Positions 51,348-61,233 of a DNA stretch of 64,000 nt are shown piece by piece (the stretch's first letter is position 1; each line of letters opens with the position of its first letter). The translations under genes were made by a program, and so were the position numbers. Origin of the DNA: an uncultured Verrucomicrobiae bacterium (GTDB lineage: Bacteria > Verrucomicrobiota > Verrucomicrobiia > Chthoniobacterales > JAFAMB01); NCBI GenBank assembly GCA_963837955.1, contig CAWIPH010000002.1, forward strand, positions 1,632,001 to 1,696,000, read 5' to 3'. The notes beneath the pieces are model-generated. The model was not told the origin of the DNA. It searched no databases and worked only from the letters and a program-made list of their open reading frames with translations.

Positions 51348-52520
51348 TCAGGATATCCGCGATGGATGAGCCGAACGACCTAACCCAAGCACCAGCGGTA
51401 GCATAAGGAGCGGAGCAACGGCGGAAACCGCAAGACCGAGATGCAAGTCGTGTATGCCGGCGATCCATCCCACCGTCCAGGGCATGAAGATGCCGCCCGC
51501 ATTTCCGAGCGCTGCCAGCGCCCCGAACATGCTCGCTCCGCCATTGGGATAGCGATCCGCGGTGACTGCCAGCATTGTGGGCCACAGACAACTTCCGGTA
51601 AATCCGGCAAGTACACAGGCCGCTAGGGCGAGCGAGTAGATCGGCAGAAACGATCCCGCCAGGAACAAGACTACCGAGGAGCTGCATCCCCAGGCCATTG
51701 TATGAAAAGGGTTCAGCTTCGCGCCGAAGGCTCCCACAATCATTCTTCCCGCCGCCATTGCGACGGAAAACAAAAGCAGCCCGACGCCGGAAATCCATTG
51801 TGGAAAACCGAGCGCGGATTCCGCATAGGCGGGCAGCCATTGCGCCATGCCGAGTTCGGTCGCGCCACCGAGGAAGATGGCAGCCATCGCTCCGAGGAAC
51901 CATTTTTCCTTCAAAATCGTTCCCAAAAGAGTGCGGCCCTCCTCGCCGGATACGATCGATGGGAATGCCATTCGGGCGAATGCGGCGAACAAAACCAAAG
52001 GAAGAGGCAGCAGTACCAGACAGGCGGTACGCCAACCCCAGCCCATCTGCAGAACCACAGTTCCGGCCAATATGGTGACTACCGCACCCACGCAATAAAA
52101 GGAGTGTAGCCAGTTCATAGAGGACGAACGCTTGTCGGGATTCAGCGCGGCCACCACGGGGCTAAGCACCATATCGAGGATTCCGGCACCCAGACCCAGC
52201 ACGAATACCGCAAATCCCAGCGCGCTATAGCTGGGGACGAATATCATTCCCGTCAAGCTAATGGCAATGAGTGCGTTCCCAATCTGAACGAACGGCTTGG
52301 CGCCCCAACGATCTACGAACGGTCCTGTCGCCACAATCCCCAGGCACAGACCGGCAAACGACAACGCGCCCAGACGGCCAAGCTCCTCCAGCGTAAGGAG
52401 GGTTGTACCGAATGAGTGGCGAAGGCTGTTCAAAAATACCGGCAGCAAGTTGAGTCCGATGGCCAGACTCATCATTGCGGCGTAGCAGAGACCGGTCAGC
52501 AGTCTTGGATTTCTACTCAA
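51348..52520 (-). CDS. MFS transporter (sugar permease-like)
   Basis: VDRWGAK motif; about 12 TM segments. Confidence 0.85.
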   Translation of the reverse strand: MSRNPRLLTGLCYAAMMSLAIGLNLLPVFLNSLRHSFGTTLLTLEELGRLGALSFAGLCLGIVATGPFVDRWGAKPFVQIGNALIAISLTGMIFVPSYSALGFAVFVLGLGAGILDMVLSPVVAALNPDKRSSSMNWLHSFYCVGAVVTILAGTVVLQMGWGWRTACLVLLPLPLVLFAAFARMAFPSIVSGEEGRTLLGTILKEKWFLGAMAAIFLGGATELGMAQWLPAYAESALGFPQWISGVGLLLFSVAMAAGRMIVGAFGAKLNPFHTMAWGCSSSVVLFLAGSFLPIYSLALAACVLAGFTGSCLWPTMLAVTADRYPNGGASMFGALAALGNAGGIFMPWTVGWIAGIHDLHLGLAVSAVAPLLMLPLVLGLGRSAHPSRIS

Positions 52521-52534
52521 TATTTTCGTGCCTG

Positions 52535-54022
52535 TCAGACGAGGTTTACTTTTTGGGCAAGCCGCTTGGCCAGTGTGGCTCCGGAATGGAGACCACCTTC
52601 CATATAGCCGGGGAAAAGGAGGCTCGTGTATTCGCCCGCAAAGTGCATCCGATCTGCAAAACCTTCGCGCAATAGCGGGTACTTCGTCGTCACCTCTCCC
52701 AAGGCCGGATTACTGTACCCACAGAGGGTATATTTATCCGCCGGCCAATTCATGAACATCGATCTGTCGACGTTCGCTAAATAGCCGGGGTAAATTTTTT
52801 CCAATCTCCGCCCCAGAACCTCGGTGCGTACTTTTGGCGAGATCGCCAGACAACGCTGCGCGGCCAAACCGGCGGAAAATACGGTCAGACAGGCCGGGTC
52901 CTTTGGATCGGTCCGCTGCGCCTCCGTCCCTTCCCAGGTTGCACCGATCGGACCATTTGACATCGAATTGGCCGAAAGTCCGTCCGCGAGCCAGAATGGC
53001 CTTTTCACGCTGGATAGGTATTTGACGGCAGGCCCGGCTTGCACCTGGTAGGTTGAAGGAATTTTCGGATTTACGCTGAAGTTCTTCCAAGCGCTGGGAG
53101 GAACAGTAAGCACGACGATATCGCCCTCGAAAGTCGTTCCTCCCGCAGTGGAAACGGTAACGCGTTGGTCGCTGAGATGGATTTGCTCGACTGGTGCGCT
53201 TAGATGAATGCGGTCTAGGCCGATGGCCGCAGCCAACTTGGCCGCCAACCGCTGATTTCCTCCACGGCAACGAAACACCTCTGTCTCGGTCCAATACTGT
53301 TCCACTCCTCCGCCGGCGACCGAAGCAATAACTCCCAGATAGCTTTCATGTTTGGGAGATGCGGCGTTATCATTTCCGATCAGGGCGAGCAGACCTTGAC
53401 GCGTGCTCCGATCCAAAGGCCAAGTACGCGACACCTTTTCTAGCGAAAGATGATCCAATCTGCGTGCGTCGGGAGTCTTCCAGGGAGCTTTAAGATTTAC
53501 CGTCCGCGCGTCCGTATTCAATAATGACATCGCGTTACGGATCGAGTTCCAAAGCTCTACCAGTGCTTCGCCTTGATAGATGCAACCATTCAGCATGATC
53601 GGGGATCGGCCTGCTTCTGGCTCTGCCACGTCATCGAAGTGCAGACCGAACCGACCTGCGTAAGCCAGCCAGGTCGGATGATTGGAGCCAATCAATTCGC
53701 CGCCTGCTTCCACAACCCTGCCCTTAATGAATGAGTCCAGGGACAGCACTCTCCCGCCCAGGCGGGCGCGGGCCTCAAGCACGATCACATCGGCGCCTGC
53801 GCCCTGCAGTTCGAAAGCGCAGGCCAGTCCGGAAAACCCGGCTCCTATGATAATGACTCTTGGCCTGGATCCCCGCCGGCGGCGTTGTCCGAATGCCGTT
53901 TGACCGCTGAGGAAAAGACCTGCGCCTGCCGCCAGTGTCGTACGAAGAAACTGACGGCGGGTCCATGGATCAGGGGCTGCTCCCATCTGCCGCGCGAGTC
54001 TGGCGATTGCGGAGGGCTTCAT
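52535..54022 (-). CDS. Flavin monoamine oxidase-family protein with Tat signal
   Basis: TRRQFL, GAGFSGL, EARARLGGR, FAGEYTS..GYMEGGLHSG. Confidence 0.88.
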   Translation of the reverse strand: MKPSAIARLARQMGAAPDPWTRRQFLRTTLAAGAGLFLSGQTAFGQRRRRGSRPRVIIIGAGFSGLACAFELQGAGADVIVLEARARLGGRVLSLDSFIKGRVVEAGGELIGSNHPTWLAYAGRFGLHFDDVAEPEAGRSPIMLNGCIYQGEALVELWNSIRNAMSLLNTDARTVNLKAPWKTPDARRLDHLSLEKVSRTWPLDRSTRQGLLALIGNDNAASPKHESYLGVIASVAGGGVEQYWTETEVFRCRGGNQRLAAKLAAAIGLDRIHLSAPVEQIHLSDQRVTVSTAGGTTFEGDIVVLTVPPSAWKNFSVNPKIPSTYQVQAGPAVKYLSSVKRPFWLADGLSANSMSNGPIGATWEGTEAQRTDPKDPACLTVFSAGLAAQRCLAISPKVRTEVLGRRLEKIYPGYLANVDRSMFMNWPADKYTLCGYSNPALGEVTTKYPLLREGFADRMHFAGEYTSLLFPGYMEGGLHSGATLAKRLAQKVNLV

Positions 54023-54036
54023 CTAGGAGCGTCCAA

Positions 54037-54702
54037 CTATTGAAACTGCTCCTCTGCTAGCCAATTTCGGGCGTCCACCAGATTCTCGCACACATGCGTC
54101 GCCAACTGTTCCATCTCCGGAGTGGAGGGCAGCATGTCGGGGATGAGTAACACCCGCATATTCGCAGCCTTGGCTGCGCGAACACCACTATGAGCATCTT
54201 CAAAAACCAGACAATGGGACGGATCAATTCCCAGCGCCTTGGCTGCACTGAGAAATATGTCCGGATGGGGTTTTCCCCTGCTTACCATCTCTCCTCCGGT
54301 CAGATGCCGGAATTCCTTGAGGATACCGTGCTTAGCCAGACGGGCTTGCGCCTCGGCGCTCACTGTCGAAGTGGCCACCGCGCATGGGATATTCTTCTGG
54401 CGCGCCCATTCCAGCATTTCACGAACTCCCGGTTTGAGTGGAATGCCTTCCGTTTCCACGATCGCTTCGTAACGTGACCTTGCATCTTTTCGAAACTCGT
54501 CGATCGGAAATTGAGAACCAAAAACTTCTACCAGTCGCTTTTCGGAATCTGCGACTGTGATGCCAATTAGCATCAGGTAAATTTCATCGCTCAAATCAAA
54601 TCCAAGTCGTCGGGCAGCTTCGCTCCAGGACCGTTTGTAAACTCCCTCCGTGTCGAGAAGAAGTCCGTCCATATCGAAGATGAACGCTTCTATGTTTTTC
54701 AT
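54037..54702 (-). CDS. HAD-family phosphatase
   Basis: FDMDGLLLDTE, KPHPDIF, FEDA. Confidence 0.9.
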   Translation of the reverse strand: MKNIEAFIFDMDGLLLDTEGVYKRSWSEAARRLGFDLSDEIYLMLIGITVADSEKRLVEVFGSQFPIDEFRKDARSRYEAIVETEGIPLKPGVREMLEWARQKNIPCAVATSTVSAEAQARLAKHGILKEFRHLTGGEMVSRGKPHPDIFLSAAKALGIDPSHCLVFEDAHSGVRAAKAANMRVLLIPDMLPSTPEMEQLATHVCENLVDARNWLAEEQFQ

Positions 54703-54761
54703 TTTGCCAAGCCATGGGACCAGCGGACCCTTGCGCCGCTTTCGATCTGATTTTTCATAGT

Positions 54762-55322
54762 CTAACCGGGCAGTTTCGCGATCTCATCCGGTTCGACGGC
54801 CTGAAAAATATCAATCGCAGGATCGGCAAAAAAATTGTCGTGAGCTTCGTCGCACCACGTGCTCACCTCGCCGATCAGGCAATAGTCGGTTGCTGGGGCA
54901 AATTCGTGCCAGATTCCAGGTGTCAAGGTGATGCGTTCACCGGGCTGAAGAAGGAAGGGTTCACCCGATTTTACGGTGCGCTCCACTCCGTTTACTCGGA
55001 CAGCGACGGGATCAGTCGTCTCGGTTTCACGCGGGTTGGAAGACCAAAGCCAGAGCCGTAAGTTGCCCGCCCGGCAGATGATGTCCTCTTTTTTCTGGCC
55101 GTGGGTGTGAGCGGGCGTAACCATGTCCTTGCGCGCATACATGATTTTCTCACAATACTCGGGTTCGTTGGCGAGGAGCACTTCGACCAATCCGGCTTTT
55201 TTGTAATCGCCAAGCCCAAAGTCTGTTGCCGCCCACTGCGGTTTCGGCGGGAGCGCCCACTGATGTTTCGTGAAACAGATGGCTGCTTCGTTGCAAACAA
55301 GGTTGACTTCACTTTGCTTCAT
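54762..55322 (-). CDS. D-lyxose/D-mannose family sugar isomerase (cupin)
   Basis: YCEKIM, PAHTH..KKEDII, PGIWHEF, GEVST..DNFF. Confidence 0.88.
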   Translation of the reverse strand: MKQSEVNLVCNEAAICFTKHQWALPPKPQWAATDFGLGDYKKAGLVEVLLANEPEYCEKIMYARKDMVTPAHTHGQKKEDIICRAGNLRLWLWSSNPRETETTDPVAVRVNGVERTVKSGEPFLLQPGERITLTPGIWHEFAPATDYCLIGEVSTWCDEAHDNFFADPAIDIFQAVEPDEIAKLPG

Positions 55323-55336
55323 AAACAGGCGGATTT

Positions 55337-56167
55337 TCAGGATTTGATAAACGCCAGAGCGTCCGAAGCCGATGCGTTCTCATGAATAACCGCCCGTAGA
55401 GCGCGTGCCATTTTCTCCGGCGTTTTGTGTTGAATGACATTCCGGCCATAGATGATCCCGGCTACGTCCTGCTTAACCAGCTTTTCGGTATGTTCCAGCA
55501 CCTCGCGATCAGAGGCCCGGCTTCCTCCCCGGACCGTAACGGGAACTCCGGACGCTGCTTCCACAACGCGATGAAACTCCTCCACCGGCGAGGTAGAGTC
55601 CGTCTTGATGATGTCGGCTCCTAATTCCGCTGCCACGCGAGCCAGGGTAACCACGCGATCCGGATTTTCATCACCTACATACCCATCCTTGGTTTTCTTG
55701 AAGGAAAGCGGCTCGAGTCCCAGCGGCATACCGTAGCGTTCACAATCACTTTTGACACGCAACACATTCTGCACGCACTGATTCAGCATCTCCGGGTGCT
55801 CCTCAATCTGCAGCAGGTTAAGCAGGATGCAGGCAGCATCAAGGCGTAGAGCCAGCTCGACAGCATTGTCAAAAACGCGACACTGCAGGTGTCCAGTCGG
55901 CACAGTGTCGCTGTAGAAATTGGCCGGATCTACGCGCAACATTAGCCCCGGTTTTCCTCGGCCCGGAAGGCGTTGCAGATGATGCGCCTCGCCGACAGAC
56001 AATAACACTCCGTCTGCGTTGGCCTGCGCAACCTTACCCACGATTTTCTGCATCTGCTCAATGCCTTCGAGAAACGCCGCATTATTAAAAAGCGCGTGAT
56101 CGATGGCCACAATCAAGGTCCGGTGAGACTCCGGATGAAAAAGGCGCTGAAGTCGGTATGCATTCAT
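55337..56167 (-). CDS. Class I aldolase (DhnA/FbaB/LsrF family)
   Basis: VAIDH, RVAAELGADIIKT, RGG, YGRNVIQ. Confidence 0.88.
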   Translation of the reverse strand: MNAYRLQRLFHPESHRTLIVAIDHALFNNAAFLEGIEQMQKIVGKVAQANADGVLLSVGEAHHLQRLPGRGKPGLMLRVDPANFYSDTVPTGHLQCRVFDNAVELALRLDAACILLNLLQIEEHPEMLNQCVQNVLRVKSDCERYGMPLGLEPLSFKKTKDGYVGDENPDRVVTLARVAAELGADIIKTDSTSPVEEFHRVVEAASGVPVTVRGGSRASDREVLEHTEKLVKQDVAGIIYGRNVIQHKTPEKMARALRAVIHENASASDALAFIKS

Positions 56168-56553
56168 TGTATGAAGATGAGCGCTCGGGGGTAGAAAGGT
56201 TTGAGAAACGCGGAATCGCAACGCTGTCAAAAAAGGGGATTTCTGACAAGCTCGAGATTGGGATGGTTATGAAAATGCGGTTGTTCGAGGCGTTTATCAC
56301 TTGATTGCTAAGGCAACCGAAATTAAATCATGCGCCCCGTTTTTATCTCGCATCCGCAAGTGCTTTCTCGATAATTCGTCCTCGAATTTGTTAACGCCGC
56401 TTTTCGTAAAATAAATCGCGGATAAAGACGAAATAGAGACGATTCATTTGTGGCCATTCGTCGTTGCGCAATTTCGCCAGGAATGGTTGACCGCCTCGAG
56501 GACGACGACAGCCTGTCCGCCATAGTCCCGCGAACGCGTCGCGGCCGCGAGAC

Positions 56554-56692
56554 CCAACGCTGGGAGGGATCGCGTCCCCGCGATCCGTTGTGGCCGGACC
56601 CAAGCGCGTTTGTATACCAAGGGTTAAATTGCCTCCCCCAGGTTAGAGATCGTTTTCTCGGCGCGCGGGGACGCGCGCCCTCCCGGCGTTGG
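56554..56692. repeat. Inverted pair of GC-rich REP-like palindromes
   Basis: CCAACGCTGGGAGGGATCGCGTCCCCGCGATCC (56554-56586) / GGCGCGCGGGGACGCGCGCCCTCCCGGCGTTGG (56660-56692). Confidence 0.75.
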
Positions 56693-56860
56693 AGCTGGTG
56701 GTAGACATTCGGTGGCATTAGCGTGAGCCTTTTTCGGCACCAGAGGCGGAATCAAAACAATGCATCTCGTCAAAAACATTGCTCAGAAGCGTTCCGATCT
56801 CTTTTGCTTTTTTAGCAAGGTCGCCATCAAGAGCCATTCCTTGCGGCCCGGCCAAGCCCC

Positions 56861-58003
56861 CTATTGCTGAGGCCCCAGCGCGGACAAGATCGTTTTGCTG
56901 ACGACACCGAGGATCGGGGTTGATTGAGATTTGTTGTCGCGGTCGAGCCGGTTCACGTTGATGACGAGGGACGCGTCGAGCTTCTCGATGTAGTACATGT
57001 CGGAACTAAAACCATTGATCGTACCGGAGTGTCCATAAAAGCCGTGCCCTAAAGCCACGCCCTCTCCATAATCAGCGCCCGCTCCGACCAAAGGCTGACC
57101 CTGCAATTCTTCTTTCTGGGTTTCAGGTTTCAGCAGATCACCTCGGCACATCGCGCGCGAGAACACCAGCAGATCAGCAATGTTCGAAACGACCGCCCCG
57201 GCCGCTCCGGCCAAGTGAGGATTGAAAAGCGTCTTATCATCAAAACGCTTCGTGGAGGGATTCCAGCCGTATCCGCGTAGCGTACCCGGAATTCCGTTGC
57301 CGGTCGGGTACGATGTATGTCGCAGCTTTAGCGGGATGATCACGCTTTCGGTAATCAGAGTGCCGATGTCCTTGCCGGTGACACGCTGTACGATGCCGGC
57401 TAAGATGTCATAGTTGAAGTCCGTGTAGACGCCTTCGGTATCGGGCGGTTTGAAGTCGGCCTTCAGCCGCGCAAGGCGGCTGAGCTCGTCGGCGAGCGAT
57501 GGAGCCGGCGAGAGAGGATGGTCGTAGACCCGCGCCAAAACCTCGTCGTCATTCGGAGCCGGAATACCGCTGCGCATCCGTAGCAGATCGTCGACGGTAA
57601 TTCGATCGGCGTTGGGAAATTCTGGGTACCAGGTCGAAATTGGATCGGTTTTATGGAACAAGCCTCGATCGATCAGAGTAAGGACAGCGGTCGCGGCAAA
57701 CGTCTTGGTAATGCTGGCGACACGGAAAGGTTGATCAAAGCCCCGTGACGTGCGCGTCTTCAAATTCGCGAATCCTTCAACAAACGTGTATCCGCCTTTG
57801 CCGGGGACATGCACTCCGACCGCGACACTTGGTAACTTGTTCCGCTTGGCGATGTCCTCGATTTCGCGGTCTAGGTTGCGGGCAACGGCGGGAGTAAATA
57901 AGTCGTTCGAGCCGGCAGCAATCGTCCACGATGCGTTTGACTCGATAAGGACGAGCACGCAAAAGCAGGCTCGGAGTTTGAAGTTTTCGGAACGCGACCT
58001 CAT
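56861..58003 (-). CDS. Secreted serine hydrolase (beta-lactamase/D-Ala-D-Ala peptidase family)
   Basis: FRVASITK, YTD, GHSGTING. Confidence 0.87.
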   Translation of the reverse strand: MRSRSENFKLRACFCVLVLIESNASWTIAAGSNDLFTPAVARNLDREIEDIAKRNKLPSVAVGVHVPGKGGYTFVEGFANLKTRTSRGFDQPFRVASITKTFAATAVLTLIDRGLFHKTDPISTWYPEFPNADRITVDDLLRMRSGIPAPNDDEVLARVYDHPLSPAPSLADELSRLARLKADFKPPDTEGVYTDFNYDILAGIVQRVTGKDIGTLITESVIIPLKLRHTSYPTGNGIPGTLRGYGWNPSTKRFDDKTLFNPHLAGAAGAVVSNIADLLVFSRAMCRGDLLKPETQKEELQGQPLVGAGADYGEGVALGHGFYGHSGTINGFSSDMYYIEKLDASLVINVNRLDRDNKSQSTPILGVVSKTILSALGPQQ

Positions 58004-58183
58004 CGAGATTTCACGGGTAGTACGCCTTTTCCTTTTTTTACTAAAGCGATGATACGCTCTTTATCCTGTCATACTCAAGTTTCGGTTATACCTCATCACC
58101 GAGTTGCTAGACGTAATCCTTCGTGGTTTACGATTTAAATACAGTCCCTACCATTCAAGCCGCAGTCAATGAACTGAAACTGC

Positions 58184-58252
58184 GGTCGCAGTAAATACAC
58201 GGAGACCGTCGCGTACCAAGCCGACTAGTCACTAACTTTTAGATCCCTTCCC
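58184..58252. repeat. Direct repeat, copy B (partner at 50057-50125)
   Basis: Shared core GTAAATACACGGAGAC. Confidence 0.8.
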
Positions 58253-58272
58253 CCAGCCAGATGAACTGCATC

Positions 58273-58898
58273 TTATGACTGGGCTTTTATCTGCCGCTTA
58301 CGGAACTGCGCAACTTTATGACGATTGCCGCAAACCGCCACGCTGCACCACTGGCGGCGGTGGTTCTTGGTGGTGTCGTAGAAATAGAGCACACATGAGG
58401 TGGTGTTGGCGCAGCGACGAAGATAATTCAGGTTTGCCTCAGCCAGGAAGATAGCGATCTGGCGGCCGAGAATAGCGAGTGCGAGTTCCCCCCCTTGAGC
58501 TGAGAATTGGAACGGACGAGGTGAACGCCCTTTCGCCCCTGGCGATGCAGTTTCTCGTGAAAAGTGTCCTCGGCCAGGAGTCGGTTTAACCGCTCAAGAA
58601 ATGCATCGCTGATCTTGCCTCCCGCGGCGAGCTCCGTCAGCACATCTTTCCAGGCCCGACGCAGTTCCACCACGCTCTTGAGCGCTTCCGCGCCGCGAGC
58701 GGCAGGCAAATTCAAGCTCGGATCCGTCGACAATCCCGTCTGGGAAAGCCAGTCCGCTAGATCGGACCAAGAGCGCAAAAGGTCCTCCAGATATCCATGG
58801 GGGACTGCGAGCGTATTGACAAAGTCGATGGCGGGATGCTCGCCGACAAAAACAAAGTCCGAACGATTTGGCCGTTTTCTTTTAGAGGTGGAAGGCAC
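58273..58898 (-). pseudogene. ABATE/CGNR zinc-finger regulator, frameshifted at a G7 tract
   Basis: The first frame gives GEHPAIDFVNT..QLKGG. After 58488-58494 another frame gives LRRCANTTSCVLYFYDTTKNHRRQWCSVAVCGNRHKV, stopping at 58273. Confidence 0.85.
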
Positions 58899-58907
58899 TA
58901 AAGCATA

Positions 58908-58986
58908 GTAACCTTGAAAACATCGTTTGACGAGTTACAGCAATTGAGGCAAGAAGTAACCTACAAAGAAATAAATAGCAAGTTAC
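58908..58986. promoter_or_regulatory. Two tandem 31-bp operators GTAAC-N21-GTTAC
   Basis: 58908-58938 and 58956-58986, between the divergent CGNR and hydrolase genes. Confidence 0.7.
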
Positions 58987-59011
58987 AAATAGTGCGCTCG
59001 GGCTCCCCATC

Positions 59012-59887
59012 ATGAAAACAGCATCTATCTCCTACAAAACGGCACAGGTTAAGGGCTTCAAAATTTTTTATCGTGAAGCCGGCGATCCACAGGCATCCGC
59101 GGTGCTCCTACTTCACGGTTTTCCCACCTCAAGCCATATGTTCCGCAACTTGATCCCACAATTGGCTGGCGATTATCACGTCGTTGCCCCTGATCTGCCC
59201 GGGTTCGGTTTCTCCGACGCACCCGATCACAAAACCTTTGCCTATACGTTTGATCATTTGGCCGAGGTCATAGGGGATTTCGTCGAACAGATCGGTTTGA
59301 GAAAGTTTGCGGTCTACGTCTTCGATTATGGTGCTCCTGTCGGGTTTCGACTCGCGCTTCGCTATCCCGACCGGATCTCGGCGCTGATCTCTCAAAACGG
59401 CAACGCCTATGTCGAAGGTCTGAGCGACGACTGGGCTCCCGTCCGTGCCTACTGGGAAAATCCGAGTCAGCAAAACCGTGATGCTCTGCGTACCCTTTCA
59501 ACCCTGGAGATCACCCGTTGGCAATATCACCACGGCGTGACCAATGCTGAGGAACGCATTGCGCCTGAAGCTATCATTCTCGACCAAACTCTATTGGATC
59601 GTCCGCAGAGCCCCGAGATTCAACTCGATCTCATCGGTGACTACAAAAGCAACGTTGCGCTTTATCCCAAGTTTCAGGAATTCTTCCGCAGCCACCGGCT
59701 GCCGACGCTGGCGCTATGGGGAAAGAACGACCCCTTCTTTCTTCCGGCCGGAGCGGAAGCTTTTCGTCGAGACAATCCGAGCGCGAAGGTCGTCTTCTAC
59801 GACACGGGGCATTTCGCTCTGGAGACTCATGCGGCGGAAATCGGCGCCGAGATTCGCTCCTTTTTGAGCAGCATTCATAGGGGCTGA
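59012..59887 (+). CDS. Alpha/beta hydrolase (epoxide hydrolase/dehalogenase-like)
   Basis: LLHGFPTSS, PDLPGFG, FDYGAP, GHFALE. Confidence 0.92.
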   Translation: MKTASISYKTAQVKGFKIFYREAGDPQASAVLLLHGFPTSSHMFRNLIPQLAGDYHVVAPDLPGFGFSDAPDHKTFAYTFDHLAEVIGDFVEQIGLRKFAVYVFDYGAPVGFRLALRYPDRISALISQNGNAYVEGLSDDWAPVRAYWENPSQQNRDALRTLSTLEITRWQYHHGVTNAEERIAPEAIILDQTLLDRPQSPEIQLDLIGDYKSNVALYPKFQEFFRSHRLPTLALWGKNDPFFLPAGAEAFRRDNPSAKVVFYDTGHFALETHAAEIGAEIRSFLSSIHRG

Positions 59888-60015
59888 AGAAATCCAAAAA
59901 GCCAACAGGCGATTGCTTTAGAAAGGTGAAAGTCCGATGTCTGCAGGCGGCTTTTGCGCAGTTACGCGCGCACGGACTTCGCCGACATCATCACCGTCTC
60001 GCCCGGTCCCGATAG

Positions 60016-60085
60016 TCAGCGTAACATCTTCACAATCCTGAATGAGAACATCTCAACCTCGGACGAGTATGACATTGTGGTGTAG
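60016..60085 (+). pseudogene. Duplicated leader and 5' end of the oxidoreductase at 61234
   Basis: 60016-60082 vs 61212-61278 aligns ungapped with 58/67 identities by hand count; ATG has become CTG and a TAG follows. Confidence 0.85.
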
Positions 60086-60095
60086 GGGATTGCTT

Positions 60096-61034
60096 CTAGC
60101 TATGATCGAGTCGTTCCATGGCTGATTTCAGCGCTTCGACACTCTTTTCTAACCCTATCTGTTCCTCTTTATTTGCCTCAATTTCGAACTCATTCAGAAT
60201 ACCGCTCCGACCCACTCGGCGTGGTAAGGAAAGTGTGACCGAATACCTTTCGCTGTAAGCGGAAACTGGAATCACCGAGCACTCGTCTCGCAGGATAATT
60301 TCGACGATTCGGGCAATAGCGGTTCCAATCGCAAACTCGCTCGCACCTTTGCCCTTGATTATGTTGATATTACCTTGCCGGACATAGTCTTCGACTGACC
60401 TGTGCAGCGCTTGCCCGTCAATGCGTCGTTCGTCCAGATAGGACTCGAGCGGCACGCCACCTATGGTCACTTTGGACCACCAAAGCACAGAGGTTAGGCC
60501 ATGCTCTCCCAGGACTAAGGCGGACACAGCTTCCGGAGCGACTTCTAAATGCTGAGCTAACGCTGTCTTAAACCGAAGGCTATCTAGGAACGTACCGGTC
60601 CCCAGCACCGCGTTCCCGTTCGCAAGACGTCGAGTCAGCTCGACCATTGGATCCAGCGGATTCGTGCCAACGAGTAATATAGCATTGGGAGTCGCACCGA
60701 TTATCTTGGGAACGACATCGACAAAGATCGGATGATTCGTATCGAGTAACCTAAGACGTCCTTCCTTGTCCCCAGGCCGATCAGCGCCGCCTGCTCTCTC
60801 GTTGATTCCGGGTGTTAGCACTACCAACTCCGCTCCGGCTAGATCCAGGTAGTCTCCTGCCCGGACCTTTGGCCCAGATATCGCCGCGCTGGTCTGGCTG
60901 ATATCTAGTGCCTGGGAAACGGCTAATTGACGGTCCGCATCAATGAGGACCATCTCTCGGCACGAATTCCGCAACGCCATATTTAACGCCGCGCTCGCAC
61001 CGACATGACCAACCCCGACGACTCCGACTTTCAT
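60096..61034 (-). CDS. L-lactate/malate dehydrogenase-family protein
   Basis: GVGHVG, TNPLD, GTFLDSLRF, GEHG, KGAS. Confidence 0.88.
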   Translation of the reverse strand: MKVGVVGVGHVGASAALNMALRNSCREMVLIDADRQLAVSQALDISQTSAAISGPKVRAGDYLDLAGAELVVLTPGINERAGGADRPGDKEGRLRLLDTNHPIFVDVVPKIIGATPNAILLVGTNPLDPMVELTRRLANGNAVLGTGTFLDSLRFKTALAQHLEVAPEAVSALVLGEHGLTSVLWWSKVTIGGVPLESYLDERRIDGQALHRSVEDYVRQGNINIIKGKGASEFAIGTAIARIVEIILRDECSVIPVSAYSERYSVTLSLPRRVGRSGILNEFEIEANKEEQIGLEKSVEALKSAMERLDHS

Positions 61035-61233
61035 TAAACTGATTTTCCTCACTTCTTCATCCTAAGCAGTCTCTCCGCCGCCGAATGAGCAGCGACCAGG
61101 CGGCATTTCCTTGGGGAGGTTAACGCCAGGCGTTTGGGATCACCATTGACTGAATGGATGTTTTTTTCTTACCGAAAGGAGCACTTGTTCGCCGAAACTT
61201 TTGGTACGAAATCAGCATAACCTCTACACAACT

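Noticed and set aside
51310..52109. Long alternative-frame and antisense ORFs (also 26806-27513, 47110-47739)
   Set aside because: Shadows of GC-rich coding genes without protein-like features.
56323..56718. Small ORFs or a riboswitch upstream of the aldolase operon
   Set aside because: Explained by the inverted REP-like pair; no known riboswitch consensus recognised.
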